64,000 nt of DNA from Nitrosopumilus sp. (GCA_965205215.1 OZ242041.1:704001-768000); one strand, 5' to 3'; shown: positions 29,742-40,499, counted from the stretch's first letter. A program made the numbers and translations. Notes: a model not told the origin generated them from the letters alone.

Positions 29742-30554
29742 ATGACTGCCTCGGCTACGAGCACGGCGGGCGGGCTTGCGTCCGTCTTTGCGTTTCTGAG
29801 CATAATTCCGGCGCGCCCGGGCGGGCGCGCAGACGGGGCGGCCTCCGCGCACGCCGGCCTGTACGGCGCGGCAAGAAGCATGCACCTGTTCCCGGTTGCC
29901 GGCTGCGTGATCGGGCTGCTTGCGGGGCTGCTTGCGTGGGTACTGCTTGCGGTTGCCGGGCTGGAGCCGCTGCTCGCCGGACTCGTGACCGCGGCCGCGC
30001 TGCTCGTCATAACGGGCCTGCACCACACGGACGGGCTGGCCGACTTTGCAGACGGGCTGATGGCAAGGGGGACACACAGCCGCCGGCGGGACGCAATGAA
30101 GGACAAGTCCACCGGGACGGCCGGGACGGCCGCAATAGTGCTGTGCGTGGCAGGCCTGATAATCACGATATCGATGCTTGGCGGCGGCATGGGGGACGAT
30201 GGCGGCATGCATATAGTGATCGGCATTATACTTGCAGAGGTCGCCGCAAAGTTCTCGATGGTCGTAATGGCGTATGCGGGGCGCCCCGCCCCGGGCGGCG
30301 GCTCGGGCGCCATCTTTGCCGAGGCCATGAAGGACGGGCGCAAGGTGGCCGCGTCGGCGGCCATGACAGTCCCGATACTTGTCATACTGGGTGGGCTGGT
30401 GCCTGGGCTTGCCATGCTTGCCGTGTGCGTGCTGGCGCCCGTGGCCATGGCGAGGCTTGCCGGGCGCAGCTTTGGCGGTGTGACGGGGGACGTGTTTGGG
30501 GCCGCAAACGACATAGTCAGGATAGCCTCGCTGGCGGTGTTCGTGTCGCTATGA
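29742..30554 (+). CDS. cobS: Adenosylcobinamide-GDP ribazoletransferase
   Basis: TGLHHTDGLADFADG, MKD, GGVTGDVFGA. Confidence 0.95.
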   Translation: MTASATSTAGGLASVFAFLSIIPARPGGRADGAASAHAGLYGAARSMHLFPVAGCVIGLLAGLLAWVLLAVAGLEPLLAGLVTAAALLVITGLHHTDGLADFADGLMARGTHSRRRDAMKDKSTGTAGTAAIVLCVAGLIITISMLGGGMGDDGGMHIVIGIILAEVAAKFSMVVMAYAGRPAPGGGSGAIFAEAMKDGRKVAASAAMTVPILVILGGLVPGLAMLAVCVLAPVAMARLAGRSFGGVTGDVFGAANDIVRIASLAVFVSL

Positions 30555-31360
30555 TTGGGATGGTGATGGCCGGAGGCAGGGGCAGCCGGATGGCTGCCTC
30601 AGCTGCTGCTGCCGTTGCCGCCAAAAACGATGAGTCCCTACCGGAATCATCGCCGCATGCGGCCGACCGCGCTGCATGGGACGAAAAGCTGTTGCTTCCT
30701 GTCGTCCCGTCCACCGCGTCCGATACAGGGGCGCCAAAGCCCGTGGTCTCGCACGTGATAGACGTGCTGCTGGGCTCCGACCAGATAGACACTGTAGTCG
30801 CGGTGGTGTCTCAGGGCAACGCCCCCCTCACAAGAAGGATGTTGTGGGATAAATACCATAACAGCAGCAGTGACGCCGATGATGATGGCGACGACGACGA
30901 CAACGACGACAATTCCATACGCATAGTGGACTCTGCCGGGGCCGGATACTCTGAGGATCTGGGTTCCGCCATGCGCCACGTACTGCAGAACCGATATCGC
31001 GGAATCCATGACGGCGTACTCGTGGTATCCGGAGACATGCCGCTCTTGGATCGCGGCGTCGTCGCATCCGTATCCGCCCGCTATGCACGCGGCGCCTGGA
31101 CCAGCATAGTAACGTCAAGGGAGTACGCCGGACTGTGGGGAATGAGCCTCGAGTACGAGGTTGTGGTGGACGGCACCGTGTGCTGCTATACCGGGGTCTC
31201 GCTGGTCGACCCTGCCGTCATGGGGCCGGGCGTGCACGGCGCGGTCCCGCAGCGGCACGCCATAGTGGACGACCACCGCATCGCGTTCACGCTGAATACC
31301 ATACAGGACTATGATCGTCTGGCGCAGCACATGCGGCGGTCGGGCATCGCGATGCCGTGA
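30551..31360 (+). CDS. cobY: GTP:adenosylcobinamide-phosphate guanylyltransferase (NTP transferase)
   Basis: MAGGRGSRM...EKLLL, GAGYSEDL, SGDMPLL, LNTIQD; ATGA overlap with cobS. Confidence 0.85.
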   Translation: MIGMVMAGGRGSRMAASAAAAVAAKNDESLPESSPHAADRAAWDEKLLLPVVPSTASDTGAPKPVVSHVIDVLLGSDQIDTVVAVVSQGNAPLTRRMLWDKYHNSSSDADDDGDDDDNDDNSIRIVDSAGAGYSEDLGSAMRHVLQNRYRGIHDGVLVVSGDMPLLDRGVVASVSARYARGAWTSIVTSREYAGLWGMSLEYEVVVDGTVCCYTGVSLVDPAVMGPGVHGAVPQRHAIVDDHRIAFTLNTIQDYDRLAQHMRRSGIAMP

Positions 31361-31361
31361 C

Positions 31362-31610
31362 TCACTTGGATGCCGGCTCTGCCCCGGCCGCGGCCGGGAT
31401 CTCGGCGACGTGGTCGACTGCCCCCTTTACGTGCCCCCCCTCGATGCGCGCCTTTGAGCCTGACGACGACGCAAGCGGGTTGCCGCACTGGTTGCAGAAC
31501 ACGCGGGTGGTTGCGTGCGAGTATACCACCTGCTGCTCGTCGCAGTCGATGCATTCGACCTTGTAAAACCTGCTGGAGGGCGCCGGTATGTCTACGTGAT
31601 CCTTTTTCAT
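31362..31610 (-). CDS. rps27e: 30S ribosomal protein S27e
   Basis: PSSRFYKVECIDC...CNQCGNPLASSSGSKARI. Confidence 0.93.
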   Translation of the reverse strand: MKKDHVDIPAPSSRFYKVECIDCDEQQVVYSHATTRVFCNQCGNPLASSSGSKARIEGGHVKGAVDHVAEIPAAAGAEPASK

Positions 31611-31891
31611 TATGCCGCCACCAACTCGAATTTCTTGATGCGTATGCCTGGCTTGTTGAATTTCTTCTTGCATGTGGTGCACATCAGTATGGGAGTGACC
31701 TTTTTTGTCACCTTGGCAGGCTTTGCCAGCTTGGGGAACTTCTGGCCCCCGTACCCCCGCTTCCGCTCGGCGTGCCTGCGCTCGCCCCTTGCCGAACCGC
31801 GCCTCTTGCCCGCCTTGTATATGGAGACCTTTTGCTCCGTGTGCGTCTTGCACTTGGCGCAGTACTTGCGAATCACCTTGGGGATGTTCAT
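31610..31891 (-). CDS. rpl44e: 50S ribosomal protein L44e
   Basis: MNIPKVIRKYCAKCKTHT...GYGGQKFP...CTTC. Confidence 0.96.
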   Translation of the reverse strand: MNIPKVIRKYCAKCKTHTEQKVSIYKAGKRRGSARGERRHAERKRGYGGQKFPKLAKPAKVTKKVTPILMCTTCKKKFNKPGIRIKKFELVAA

Positions 31892-32000
31892 GCAGGTGCG
31901 CCTCCTCGCCCGTAATTTAAGCATTGGATCGCCATGCGCGGCGGGGGCGGCGGCGACGCGACGGCGCCATGCGTATTGAAAATAAATAGATGCGGCGCGC

Positions 32001-33860
32001 ATGGGACGCATGGCCGCCGCCGCATCATCCTCCCCACGCGCGCCGCGCGACCCGGCCGATGCCACCAGCCTTGTCATAGCGGCCGCCATGGGGGACGAGC
32101 CGGCCGACACCATACTTGAAAACTGCTCCATATACTCTGTGTACACCGGCGAGATCCTGCACGACATGCAGATCTCCATATACGGCGACCGCATCTCGTA
32201 CGTGGGGCACGACGCGTCCCACACCAGGGGTCCCCGCACCGCCACCGTCGATCTGGGCGGCAGGCGCGTCGCGCCCGGGTACGCGGACCCGCACACCCAC
32301 ATCGACCAGTTCGTAATGCCCGCGGAGTTCGCCAAGGAGGCGCTGCTGTGCGGCGTCACCTCGCTTTTCTCGGATCCCATAGACGTGGTAAGCGTGGCCG
32401 GGCACAGGGGCTTTGAGGAGTTCCTGCGCGCGGGGCGCGGCCTGCCGATCCGCATATTCCAGACCGTGCCGGGCGGCCTGCCAGTCGATCCCAGGTTCAG
32501 CAGGCGCGGCAGTGGCGCCATGCATGCAAGGCAGGGCGCGGCCGTGCGCCGCAACCCGGACGTGCTCGGGATGGGCGAGGTGTTCTCGTGGACAAAGGTG
32601 ACCGAGCGGGACCCCCGGACCATGCGCTCCATATCTGACATGACGCAGCAGCACTGCATCATAAACGGGCACACGGCGGGCGCCTCCGGGAAAAAGCTGG
32701 CCGCGTACGTCGCGTCGGGCATAATATCGTGCCACGAGCCGATAAACTTTGATCAGGCAATAGAGCGGCTGCGGCTCGGGATGTGGGTGATGATACGCGA
32801 GGGCTCCATACGCCGCGACCTTGAGGGGATCGTCAGGGAGGTCATATCGCACGGGCCCTACCTTGAGAGGCTGATGTTCTGCTCCGACGGGCTTGATCCT
32901 GCAGCAATCAGGGAGTTCGGGCACATAGACCACTGCGTCAGGGAGGCAGTCCGGCTCGGCATACGCCCGGTCGACGCAGTTACAATGGCGACAAGAAACG
33001 TGTTTGACTACTATATGATGGGCCGCGATCTCGGCGGCATCGCCCCGGGCAGGCTTGCGGACATACTAGTGATGAGAAAGGGCGACCACTCCTCGTTCCG
33101 GCCGGAGACCGTGATGGTCGGCGGCAGGACGGTGGTCTCAAAGGGCCGCCTTGCCGTGGACGTCCCCACAAGGAGGACGCCGACATGGATACGGCGCACC
33201 GTGAGGACCCCCAGGCTCTCGGCGTCGGACTTTGCGGTGCGCGCAAGGAGTGGCCGCGCCGCGTCGGCCAACACCATCGTGCTGAAGACTGAGATCATAA
33301 CGGGGTTGGGCACGGCCCCGGTCGTATATGACGGCGACGGGCGGGTCGTGCCGCACCCGGACGCGGCAGACGTGTGGAAGGTGGCCGCCTTTGACCGCGT
33401 ACGCGGCGGCGGTGGTGGTGGTGGTGGCACCAGGGGCAGGCGCTCCGTGGGGTTCCTGGAGGGGCTCGGCGGGGACGTCGGGGCGTTTGCAAGCACATGG
33501 AGCTTTCATGAGAACGACATGATCGTCATAGGATCAAACGACGCGGATATGGCGGCGGCCGCAAACCACCTGACGAGAAGCAACGGCGGGGTGGCAGTGT
33601 CGCGCAACGGCAGGATTGTCGCGTCCATGCCCCTGCAGTTTGCGGGGATAGTGTCCACCGCCCCCTTTGATACCGTGCTCGAGCAGTTTGAGCAGGTAAA
33701 CGGCGCGATGTCCGACGCGGGGTGCCGGTTTGAGAGGCCCGTGCTGGTGCCCCTCTTCTTGCCGTTTCTGGCGCTGCCCCTGGTCAGGATGACGTCCGGC
33801 GGCATGGTGCACGTCACGGAGGGCAGGCGCATTGATCCCCTCCGTTATGGCGACGCGTAG
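32001..33860 (+). CDS. ade: Adenine deaminase
   Basis: PGYADPHTHID, HE, IREGS, SDG, GGIAPGRLAD. Confidence 0.9.
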   Translation: MGRMAAAASSSPRAPRDPADATSLVIAAAMGDEPADTILENCSIYSVYTGEILHDMQISIYGDRISYVGHDASHTRGPRTATVDLGGRRVAPGYADPHTHIDQFVMPAEFAKEALLCGVTSLFSDPIDVVSVAGHRGFEEFLRAGRGLPIRIFQTVPGGLPVDPRFSRRGSGAMHARQGAAVRRNPDVLGMGEVFSWTKVTERDPRTMRSISDMTQQHCIINGHTAGASGKKLAAYVASGIISCHEPINFDQAIERLRLGMWVMIREGSIRRDLEGIVREVISHGPYLERLMFCSDGLDPAAIREFGHIDHCVREAVRLGIRPVDAVTMATRNVFDYYMMGRDLGGIAPGRLADILVMRKGDHSSFRPETVMVGGRTVVSKGRLAVDVPTRRTPTWIRRTVRTPRLSASDFAVRARSGRAASANTIVLKTEIITGLGTAPVVYDGDGRVVPHPDAADVWKVAAFDRVRGGGGGGGGTRGRRSVGFLEGLGGDVGAFASTWSFHENDMIVIGSNDADMAAAANHLTRSNGGVAVSRNGRIVASMPLQFAGIVSTAPFDTVLEQFEQVNGAMSDAGCRFERPVLVPLFLPFLALPLVRMTSGGMVHVTEGRRIDPLRYGDA

Positions 33861-33935
33861 CGCGGCGGGCATTACGAGGGGGGATGCCACCAAGTAATAT
33901 TAAAAAAGGGGACTTCTTGCATCCGGATCCGAAGC

Positions 33936-35567
33936 ATGGCATCTATACAGCAGGGCCCAAACGGACCGGTACTCGTACTAAAGGAGAGCGCCCTCCAGCA
34001 AAAGGGCCGCGACGCCCAGCAGAACAACATTACGGCGGCAAAGCTGGTCGCGGACCTGGTGAAGAGCAGCCTGGGCCCCAGGGGCCTGGACAAGATGCTG
34101 GTCGACTCGCTCGGGGACGTCACGATTACAAACGACGGCGCCACGATACTAAAGGAGATAGACGTGCAGCATCCGGCCGCCAAGATGATAGTGGAGATAT
34201 CAAAGACCGTGGACAACGAGGTGGGGGACGGCACCACGTCCTCCGTGGTGTTCGCGGGCGCGCTTTTGGCCGCGGCCGAGGATCTGCTCAAAAAGGACGT
34301 CCACTCCTCGACCATCGTGGAGGGCTTCCAGGAGGCAGCCGAGAAGACCTTGGAGGTATACGGCCAGGTGTCCGAGAAGATCAGCCCCGGCGACAGGGCC
34401 GAGCTGCTAAAGGTTGCAAAGACCAGCATGGAGTCCAAGCTGATATCCGAGGACAGCGAGGAGCTTGCAGGCGTGGTGGTCGACGCCGTGCTGAGCGTGG
34501 CCGCAAAGGCAAAGGACGGCAGCACTACAGTTGATCTGGACAACATAAAGGTGGAGAAAAAGGCCGGCGGCTCCATACACGACACCCAGATTGTAAAGGG
34601 GATCGTGCTTGACAAGGAGATCGTCCACAGCGGAATGCCCTCAAAGGTCGAGGGCGCAAAGATAGCCCTGGTGGACACGGCGCTTGAGATTGAAAAGACC
34701 GAGATGAGCTCGGAGATCAGGATAACCGATCCTGCCCAGATGCAGATGTTCCTGGAGGAGGAGAACCGCATGCTAAAGGAGATGATTGAGAAGATAAAGC
34801 AGGCGGGCGCCAGCGTGGTGATCTGCCAAAAGGGCATTGACGATATCGCCCAGCACTATCTGGCAAAGCACGGCATGATGGCGGTCCGGCGCGTAAAGGA
34901 GAGCGACATGACAAAGCTTGCAAAGGCATCAGGCGGGCGGGTCATAAGCAACATCGACGACCTGTCCTCAGGTGATCTGGGCGCGGCCGACGTGGTGCAG
35001 CAGAAAAAGGTCGAGTCGGACAAGTGGGTCTTCATAGAGGGGTGCAAGGACGCGCGCTCCGTGTCCCTGCTGATACGCGGCGGCTCGCAGAGGGTCGTAG
35101 ACGAGGTGGACCGCTCCATACACGACGCCTTGATGGTGACAAAGGACGTGATTGAAAAGCCCGCCATAGTGGCAGGCGGCGGGGCGCCCGAGGCGTACGC
35201 GGCGGCCCAGCTGAAGACGTGGGCCGACAGCTTTGACGGAAGGGAGCAGCTTGCAGTCAAAAAGTTTGCAGAGGCCCTCGAGTCGATACCTCTTACAATA
35301 TCGGAGAACGCGGGGATGGACCCGATAGACACCATGGCCACCCTCAGGGCGCGCCAGGGCCAGGGCAACAAGTGGACCGGGATCGACGCGCGCAACACGG
35401 AGATTGCCGACATGCTAAAGAAGAGCATCGTGGAGCCCGTGGCAGTAAAGGAGCAGATAATAAAGTCCGCGACTGAGGCGGCGTGCATGATACTTAGAAT
35501 CGACGACGTTATCGCCGTGTCCGGGCCTCCGGGCGGCGGCGCCGGCGGCGGACCGCCCCCGATGTAG
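33936..35567 (+). CDS. ths: Thermosome (group II chaperonin) subunit
   Basis: LGPRGLDKML, TNDGATIL, GDGTTS, ILRIDD. Confidence 0.97.
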   Translation: MASIQQGPNGPVLVLKESALQQKGRDAQQNNITAAKLVADLVKSSLGPRGLDKMLVDSLGDVTITNDGATILKEIDVQHPAAKMIVEISKTVDNEVGDGTTSSVVFAGALLAAAEDLLKKDVHSSTIVEGFQEAAEKTLEVYGQVSEKISPGDRAELLKVAKTSMESKLISEDSEELAGVVVDAVLSVAAKAKDGSTTVDLDNIKVEKKAGGSIHDTQIVKGIVLDKEIVHSGMPSKVEGAKIALVDTALEIEKTEMSSEIRITDPAQMQMFLEEENRMLKEMIEKIKQAGASVVICQKGIDDIAQHYLAKHGMMAVRRVKESDMTKLAKASGGRVISNIDDLSSGDLGAADVVQQKKVESDKWVFIEGCKDARSVSLLIRGGSQRVVDEVDRSIHDALMVTKDVIEKPAIVAGGGAPEAYAAAQLKTWADSFDGREQLAVKKFAEALESIPLTISENAGMDPIDTMATLRARQGQGNKWTGIDARNTEIADMLKKSIVEPVAVKEQIIKSATEAACMILRIDDVIAVSGPPGGGAGGGPPPM

Positions 35568-35726
35568 TGTTTAATGCGCAGATTCCTTGTATTGTCGCCC
35601 GGGATGCGGCTTGCGCCAGGGCAGAATCATTTTTCCAAACGAAAATGTTCGTATGGCCGGTTCCAGCATGTGCGCGCATACCGCATATGGGAAAAATCAT
35701 AACACGCGTCCCGCATACGGTATCAG

Positions 35727-36647
35727 ATGGACCGGTACAGGATAGGCGTGGATCTGGGCGGCACGAAGACCGAGGCGGTGCTGCTTGACGGGCAATCCCG
35801 CATAGCGAGGAGGGAGAGGGTGCCGACCCCGGGCGACTACACCGGGATCGTGGGCGCCATTACGTCGCTGGTCGAGCGCGCGGCCGACGGGCTGCCCGGC
35901 GGCCTCGGCTCCGTGGACGGCATAGGCATCTGCACGCCCGGCACCGAGTACGGCCCCGACAGGCTCATTGCAAACAGCAACACGCCGTCCCTCAGGGACA
36001 GGCCGCTGCGCCGCGACATACGGGAGGCGCTGCGCCGCGACGACGTTGCCATAGAGAACGACGCCAACTGCTTTGCGCTGGCCGAGTCCGTGATGGGCGC
36101 CGGCTCCGGGTACGACGTGGTGTTTGGCGTGATAATGGGGACCGGCGTCGGCGGCGGGATTGTGATCGGCAAGAGGATACACCGCGGCGCAAGCGGCATT
36201 GCCGGGGAGTGGGGGCACCACACGCTTCACGCGGGAGGCAACCGGTGCTACTGCGGCAGGAACGGGTGCGTCGAGACGTACCTGAGCGGGCCCGCGCTAG
36301 AGTCCAGATGGGCCCAGATGACGGGGAGCGCGGCGGGCATGCCGCAGATAGCCACACAGGTCACGCAGGACGGCGGCATCGTAGGTGACGCGCGCGGCCT
36401 GGAGGGTGCGCGCGCGTGGCTTGAGGAGGCAATCGGAAACTTTGGCCTGGCCCTTGCAAACGTGGTCGGCATACTGGACCCGGACGCCATAGTCATGGGA
36501 GGGGGCCTCTCAAACATGGACGTCTGGTATGGCGCGGGCGCAGAGTCCGTCCGGAAGAACGTGTTTTCCAGCCTGGCGTCGGACGTGCCGATACTGAGGA
36601 ACAGGCTGGGCGACTCGGCAGGCGTGATAGGCGCCTGCCTGATATGA
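35727..36647 (+). CDS. ROK family sugar kinase
   Basis: GVDLGGTK, ENDANC, GTGVGGG, GEWGH, CYCGRNGCVE. Confidence 0.93.
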   Translation: MDRYRIGVDLGGTKTEAVLLDGQSRIARRERVPTPGDYTGIVGAITSLVERAADGLPGGLGSVDGIGICTPGTEYGPDRLIANSNTPSLRDRPLRRDIREALRRDDVAIENDANCFALAESVMGAGSGYDVVFGVIMGTGVGGGIVIGKRIHRGASGIAGEWGHHTLHAGGNRCYCGRNGCVETYLSGPALESRWAQMTGSAAGMPQIATQVTQDGGIVGDARGLEGARAWLEEAIGNFGLALANVVGILDPDAIVMGGGLSNMDVWYGAGAESVRKNVFSSLASDVPILRNRLGDSAGVIGACLI

Positions 36648-36744
36648 CGTGTGACGCTGGCACTAACGGCAGCCACAGCAGCACCTGCACCAGCACCAGC
36701 CCTACCGCGCAGCCAAGCAACCATGCTGCCACAAGCAATATCTC

Positions 36745-37323
36745 ATGCAGGCGGCAACGCCCCCCATGAAGCGGCAAGAGGCGGTGATAATGGTCGGCGT
36801 GCCGGGCAGCGGCAAGACCACCTATGCCAGAGAGAGGCTGTCCGGCCACGTCCACGTGTCCCTTGACGCCAATAACCTGGTGCTCACGGGCGCCGACAAG
36901 GTCACGCTGCTGAACAGGTATGAGCGGGAGGAGCCGCTGAATCTCGGGCGGCAACCGTACGGAATGCCCCCCAACCCGGCCGGCAGGAAATATTGCAGCT
37001 CCCTCAGCGAGGAACAGGGCAGCCGCAACAGGAAGCGGGAGTACGTGCAGATGGCCGACGCGCTCAGATCAGGTGGGGACGTCGTGATAGACGACACGAA
37101 CCTCACAGGTACGATACGCTGGCCCTACATACTGATGGCGCGGCAGCACGGGGCCACGGTCACGGCCGTATACTTTACGAACATTGCCTTGGCGCTGGAG
37201 CGCAACCGCGCGCGCACGGGCAGGGCCAGGGTGCCTGACCACGTACTGCGCAGGCAGTGCGGGATGCTTGAGATGCCCCATGCGGAGGAGGGCTTTGACT
37301 GCACGCGCTGGGCCGGCGCATAG
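36745..37323 (+). CDS. P-loop kinase (AAA_33 / PNK-like)
   Basis: GVPGSGKTT, VIDDTN, RNxxR. Confidence 0.85.
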   Translation: MQAATPPMKRQEAVIMVGVPGSGKTTYARERLSGHVHVSLDANNLVLTGADKVTLLNRYEREEPLNLGRQPYGMPPNPAGRKYCSSLSEEQGSRNRKREYVQMADALRSGGDVVIDDTNLTGTIRWPYILMARQHGATVTAVYFTNIALALERNRARTGRARVPDHVLRRQCGMLEMPHAEEGFDCTRWAGA

Positions 37324-37403
37324 TTGCCCGCGCATAGTTGCCCGCGCATAGTTGCCCGCGCATAGTTGCCCGCGCATAGTTGCCCGCGCATAGTTGCCCG
37401 CGC
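37316..37403. repeat. 14-bp perfect tandem repeat GCGCATAGTTGCCC x6.3
   Basis: Six identical units plus GCGC; starts at the stop codon of the kinase gene. Confidence 0.97.
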
Positions 37404-37446
37404 GGCGGCCGTTCACGCTTAATAGGCAAGGACTCCACTCCCACGT

Positions 37447-38136
37447 ATGGCCGACACGTTTGAGGAGGAGAACGAGAAGAGGGGCATGATATACCCGGCC
37501 GGGTACAAGCCGCAGGTACCGGCGGGTACGGACAACGCGGCGAGGCCCGATCCCGCGGTCAGAAACCAGCTGCTGAACTCCATACTGCAACAAAAGCCGT
37601 CTCCGGGGGGCGCCGTCCCTGTCGACACGGACCTGTTTGCGGTAATGGCCGCGCGCCGCTCCACGCGAAAGTTTGCAGACCGTCCCGTGGAGCCCGAAAA
37701 GGTCGACAGGATAATAGCTGCCGCCGACACGGCCCCGACTGCGGGAAACTACCAGGGGTTCGAGATATTCTTGGTGCGCGGGCCTGACACAAAACGAAGG
37801 CTGGTGGCCGCGTGCAACAACCAGCCGTACGTGGACGCCCCGCTCGTCCTGGTGTTCTGCAAGAACCCCGCGCGGGTAAAGTTCGACTTTCCGGACTACA
37901 TACTCAGAAAGTTTGCAATACAGGACGCCACGCTGGCCGCGGGTTACTCGCAGCTCGCGGCCCAGGCCCTGGGACTCAGCTCCATATGGATAGGCATGCT
38001 TGACGAGCAGAAGGTGATGGACGCCCTGGGCACCGACCTGGTCCCCTCCTCGGTGCTGTGCGTCGGGTATCCGAGGCAGACAAAGTACCCCAAGCCCAGG
38101 CGAAACCTGTCGGACCTGGTGCACGTGGTGTGGTAG
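37447..38136 (+). CDS. Nitroreductase family protein
   Basis: RRSTRKF, APTAGNYQ, LGLSSIWIG, VGYP. Confidence 0.9.
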   Translation: MADTFEEENEKRGMIYPAGYKPQVPAGTDNAARPDPAVRNQLLNSILQQKPSPGGAVPVDTDLFAVMAARRSTRKFADRPVEPEKVDRIIAAADTAPTAGNYQGFEIFLVRGPDTKRRLVAACNNQPYVDAPLVLVFCKNPARVKFDFPDYILRKFAIQDATLAAGYSQLAAQALGLSSIWIGMLDEQKVMDALGTDLVPSSVLCVGYPRQTKYPKPRRNLSDLVHVVW

Positions 38137-38170
38137 CCGCCGCCCTTGGCTGCCTTGGCTGCCACGACCG

Positions 38171-39703
38171 TCACTGCGGCTCTATGGTCGCCGGCGGCTT
38201 GCTTGATACCGCGTACGAGACCCAGGTCACGTTGTCTATCTCGTTTGTTATGCGGTTGCTCATCTTCTCCAGCAGGTCGTGCGGCAGCCTGGTCCAGTCC
38301 GCCGTCATCGCGTCCGTAGAGCTCACCACCCTTATCATCACGATGTTGCCGTACACCCGCCCGTCGCCCACCACGCCGACTGCCCTGTCGTCCCCGACTG
38401 CCGCGTACGCCTGCCAGACCTCCGAGTAGAGCCCCGCCTGCTGCAGCTCGTCCTCCACTATCTTGCCTGCCACGCGCGCAATCTCGAGCTTTTCTGGCGT
38501 CACCTCGCCCATTATGCGGACCGCCAGCCCGGGCCCCGGAAACGGGTGCCGCATGTAGATGCTCCGGGGCACCCCGAGTATGCGCGCCACCTCCCTGACC
38601 TCGTCCTTGTACAGGTCGCGGAGCGGCTCCAGGACCTCCAGGTCCAGCCACTCTGGCAGGCCCCCGACGTTGTGGTGGGACTTTATGACGGAGGCGGGGC
38701 CCTTTGAGACGCCGCTCTCAATCACGTCCGGGTACAGCGTCCCCTGGGCAAGCCACCTGAACGGGCCGCGGCTCTTTGCAAAGTCGCTGAACACCCTTAC
38801 AAACTCCTCGCCCACTATCTTGCGCTTTGCCTCCGGGTCTGCCACCCCCCTGAGCTTGCCGAGGAATTTTTGCGCCGCGTCCACGGCCTCAAAGTTCATG
38901 CCAAAGTTGTCCCGGAATATGCCCGTAATCTCCCGCGACTCGCCCTCTCGCAGGAGCCCGTTGTCCACGAAGACGCACTTTAGCCTCTCCCCTATGGCCC
39001 TGTGTATGAGGACGGCAGCTACGGTCGAGTCCACGCCCCCGCTGACGCCGCACAGCACGTTTCCCTCGATGTCTGATATCTTGCCGACTGCCTCCTCCAC
39101 GAACTTTGACATCGTCCAGTCCCGGCTTGCCTTGCATACGTTGAGGACAAAGTTCTCCAGTATCCGCGAGCCCTGCTCCGTGTGCGCCACCTCCGGGTGG
39201 AACTGTATCCCGTACACGGGCTGCCCGTCCCTTGAGGCGATCGCGGCGGCCTTGGAGTTCTCCGTGTGGCCTATGACCTCAAAGTTCTGCGGGACCTGCT
39301 CCGCCTCGTCCCCGTGGCTCATCCAGGCCCTGACCGAGCCGCCGATGCCGCCTAGCAGGTCCGCGCCGCCGCCGTCGACTGTGAGGGTGGAGGAGCCGTA
39401 CTCGCGGTTCACGCGCTTTACGCGGCCGCCGTACCTGTGCACTATAAGCTGGTGCCCGTAGCATATGCCGAGTATCGGCAGCCCGGACTCGAACACGGCG
39501 TCCTCCGGGATCGGCGCGTCCCTGTCGCTGACGCTTGCGGGCCCCCCCGACAGTATTATCCCCTTTGGGTCGTGCCGGGCCAGCTCTTCTGCCGTAATGT
39601 CGTACGGGACGAGCTCCGCGTATACCGAGAGGTCCCTGATCCTCCTGCATATGAGGTGGCTGTACTGGGAGCCAAAGTCAAGCACGGTGATCCTGTCAGT
39701 CAC
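38171..39703 (-). CDS. guaA: GMP synthase (glutamine-hydrolysing, fused)
   Basis: LDFGSQY, GICYG, QFHPEV, SGGVDS, IKSHHNVGG, KPPATIE. Confidence 0.97.
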   Translation of the reverse strand: MTDRITVLDFGSQYSHLICRRIRDLSVYAELVPYDITAEELARHDPKGIILSGGPASVSDRDAPIPEDAVFESGLPILGICYGHQLIVHRYGGRVKRVNREYGSSTLTVDGGGADLLGGIGGSVRAWMSHGDEAEQVPQNFEVIGHTENSKAAAIASRDGQPVYGIQFHPEVAHTEQGSRILENFVLNVCKASRDWTMSKFVEEAVGKISDIEGNVLCGVSGGVDSTVAAVLIHRAIGERLKCVFVDNGLLREGESREITGIFRDNFGMNFEAVDAAQKFLGKLRGVADPEAKRKIVGEEFVRVFSDFAKSRGPFRWLAQGTLYPDVIESGVSKGPASVIKSHHNVGGLPEWLDLEVLEPLRDLYKDEVREVARILGVPRSIYMRHPFPGPGLAVRIMGEVTPEKLEIARVAGKIVEDELQQAGLYSEVWQAYAAVGDDRAVGVVGDGRVYGNIVMIRVVSSTDAMTADWTRLPHDLLEKMSNRITNEIDNVTWVSYAVSSKPPATIEPQ

Positions 39704-39709
39704 GGCGCA

Positions 39710-40396
39710 TCATCTGCCCGGCTGCGCCGCGGCCGCGGCCTCCTCTTTCTCGAGCATCCTGGAAAACGACCATCCCGCCGTGCTCAGGATCTCGCTTGCG
39801 CGCCGCTCGTCCCCGTAGTTCTTGATCAGTATGCGCCTGAGGCGCCCCGTCCCGGGGTCGGCGTCTATCTCGTAGCTTATGGATTCGTGCTCCTGCAGCG
39901 AGCCGCTGCGCACCTTTTCGGCGTCGCCCTTCTGCATGCCGCCCAGTATCCTGTCTATGAAGAACGAGCGGAACGGGGGCACGTCCTCGGCCAGGCCCGG
40001 CAGTCCCTCTGCTATCGTGATGCTGATGCGGTCCTGCGTCCGCTGCACGTCGGCCAGGGGCTTGCCCGTGCCGCTGTCGGTGATGACCGCGCCGCTGTCA
40101 GACGGTGGCTCCGGCGCGGCATTATCCGTTGCCGTCGTCGTCGTCGAATCTGCGGCCTCCGCGCCGTCTGCGTTACCAACCTCTGTGTTTGCGCCGTCGT
40201 CGCTGTTGCTGTCGCTGCTGCTGCCGTCACCCAGTAGATCCGCCGCGCTCGTAAAGCTGGATTCCGTGACGATCTTTTCAAGTATCTCGTAATTGCGCTC
40301 AAGCAGCCTGATCTCCTTTTGGTGCGCCTCTATCTTTCCTGCAATTCTCTTCTGTATGGATATGACGTCTTTCATCTCGTCCTCGGAGAGCTTCAT
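39710..40396 (-). CDS. Hypothetical protein
   Basis: Coiled-coil N-terminus, low-complexity linker, PPFRSFFIDRILGGM domain. Confidence 0.7.
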   Translation of the reverse strand: MKLSEDEMKDVISIQKRIAGKIEAHQKEIRLLERNYEILEKIVTESSFTSAADLLGDGSSSDSNSDDGANTEVGNADGAEAADSTTTTATDNAAPEPPSDSGAVITDSGTGKPLADVQRTQDRISITIAEGLPGLAEDVPPFRSFFIDRILGGMQKGDAEKVRSGSLQEHESISYEIDADPGTGRLRRILIKNYGDERRASEILSTAGWSFSRMLEKEEAAAAAQPGR

Positions 40397-40499
40397 GGCA
40401 TGAAAGGGGGCCGACGGATATTAAACTCATTCTAGTGCCGCTGCGGCGCGCAGCGTGGTTCCTCTTCCCTCTATTCGCCCGCAGCGCCCGCGCCCGGCG

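Noticed and set aside
29539-29742. 67-aa Gly-rich ORF between cbiB and cobS
   Set aside because: Low-complexity spacer with no motif; cannot be supported as a gene
37316-37403. Possible CRISPR array
   Set aside because: Units are contiguous with no spacers and only 14 bp; no cas genes in the window
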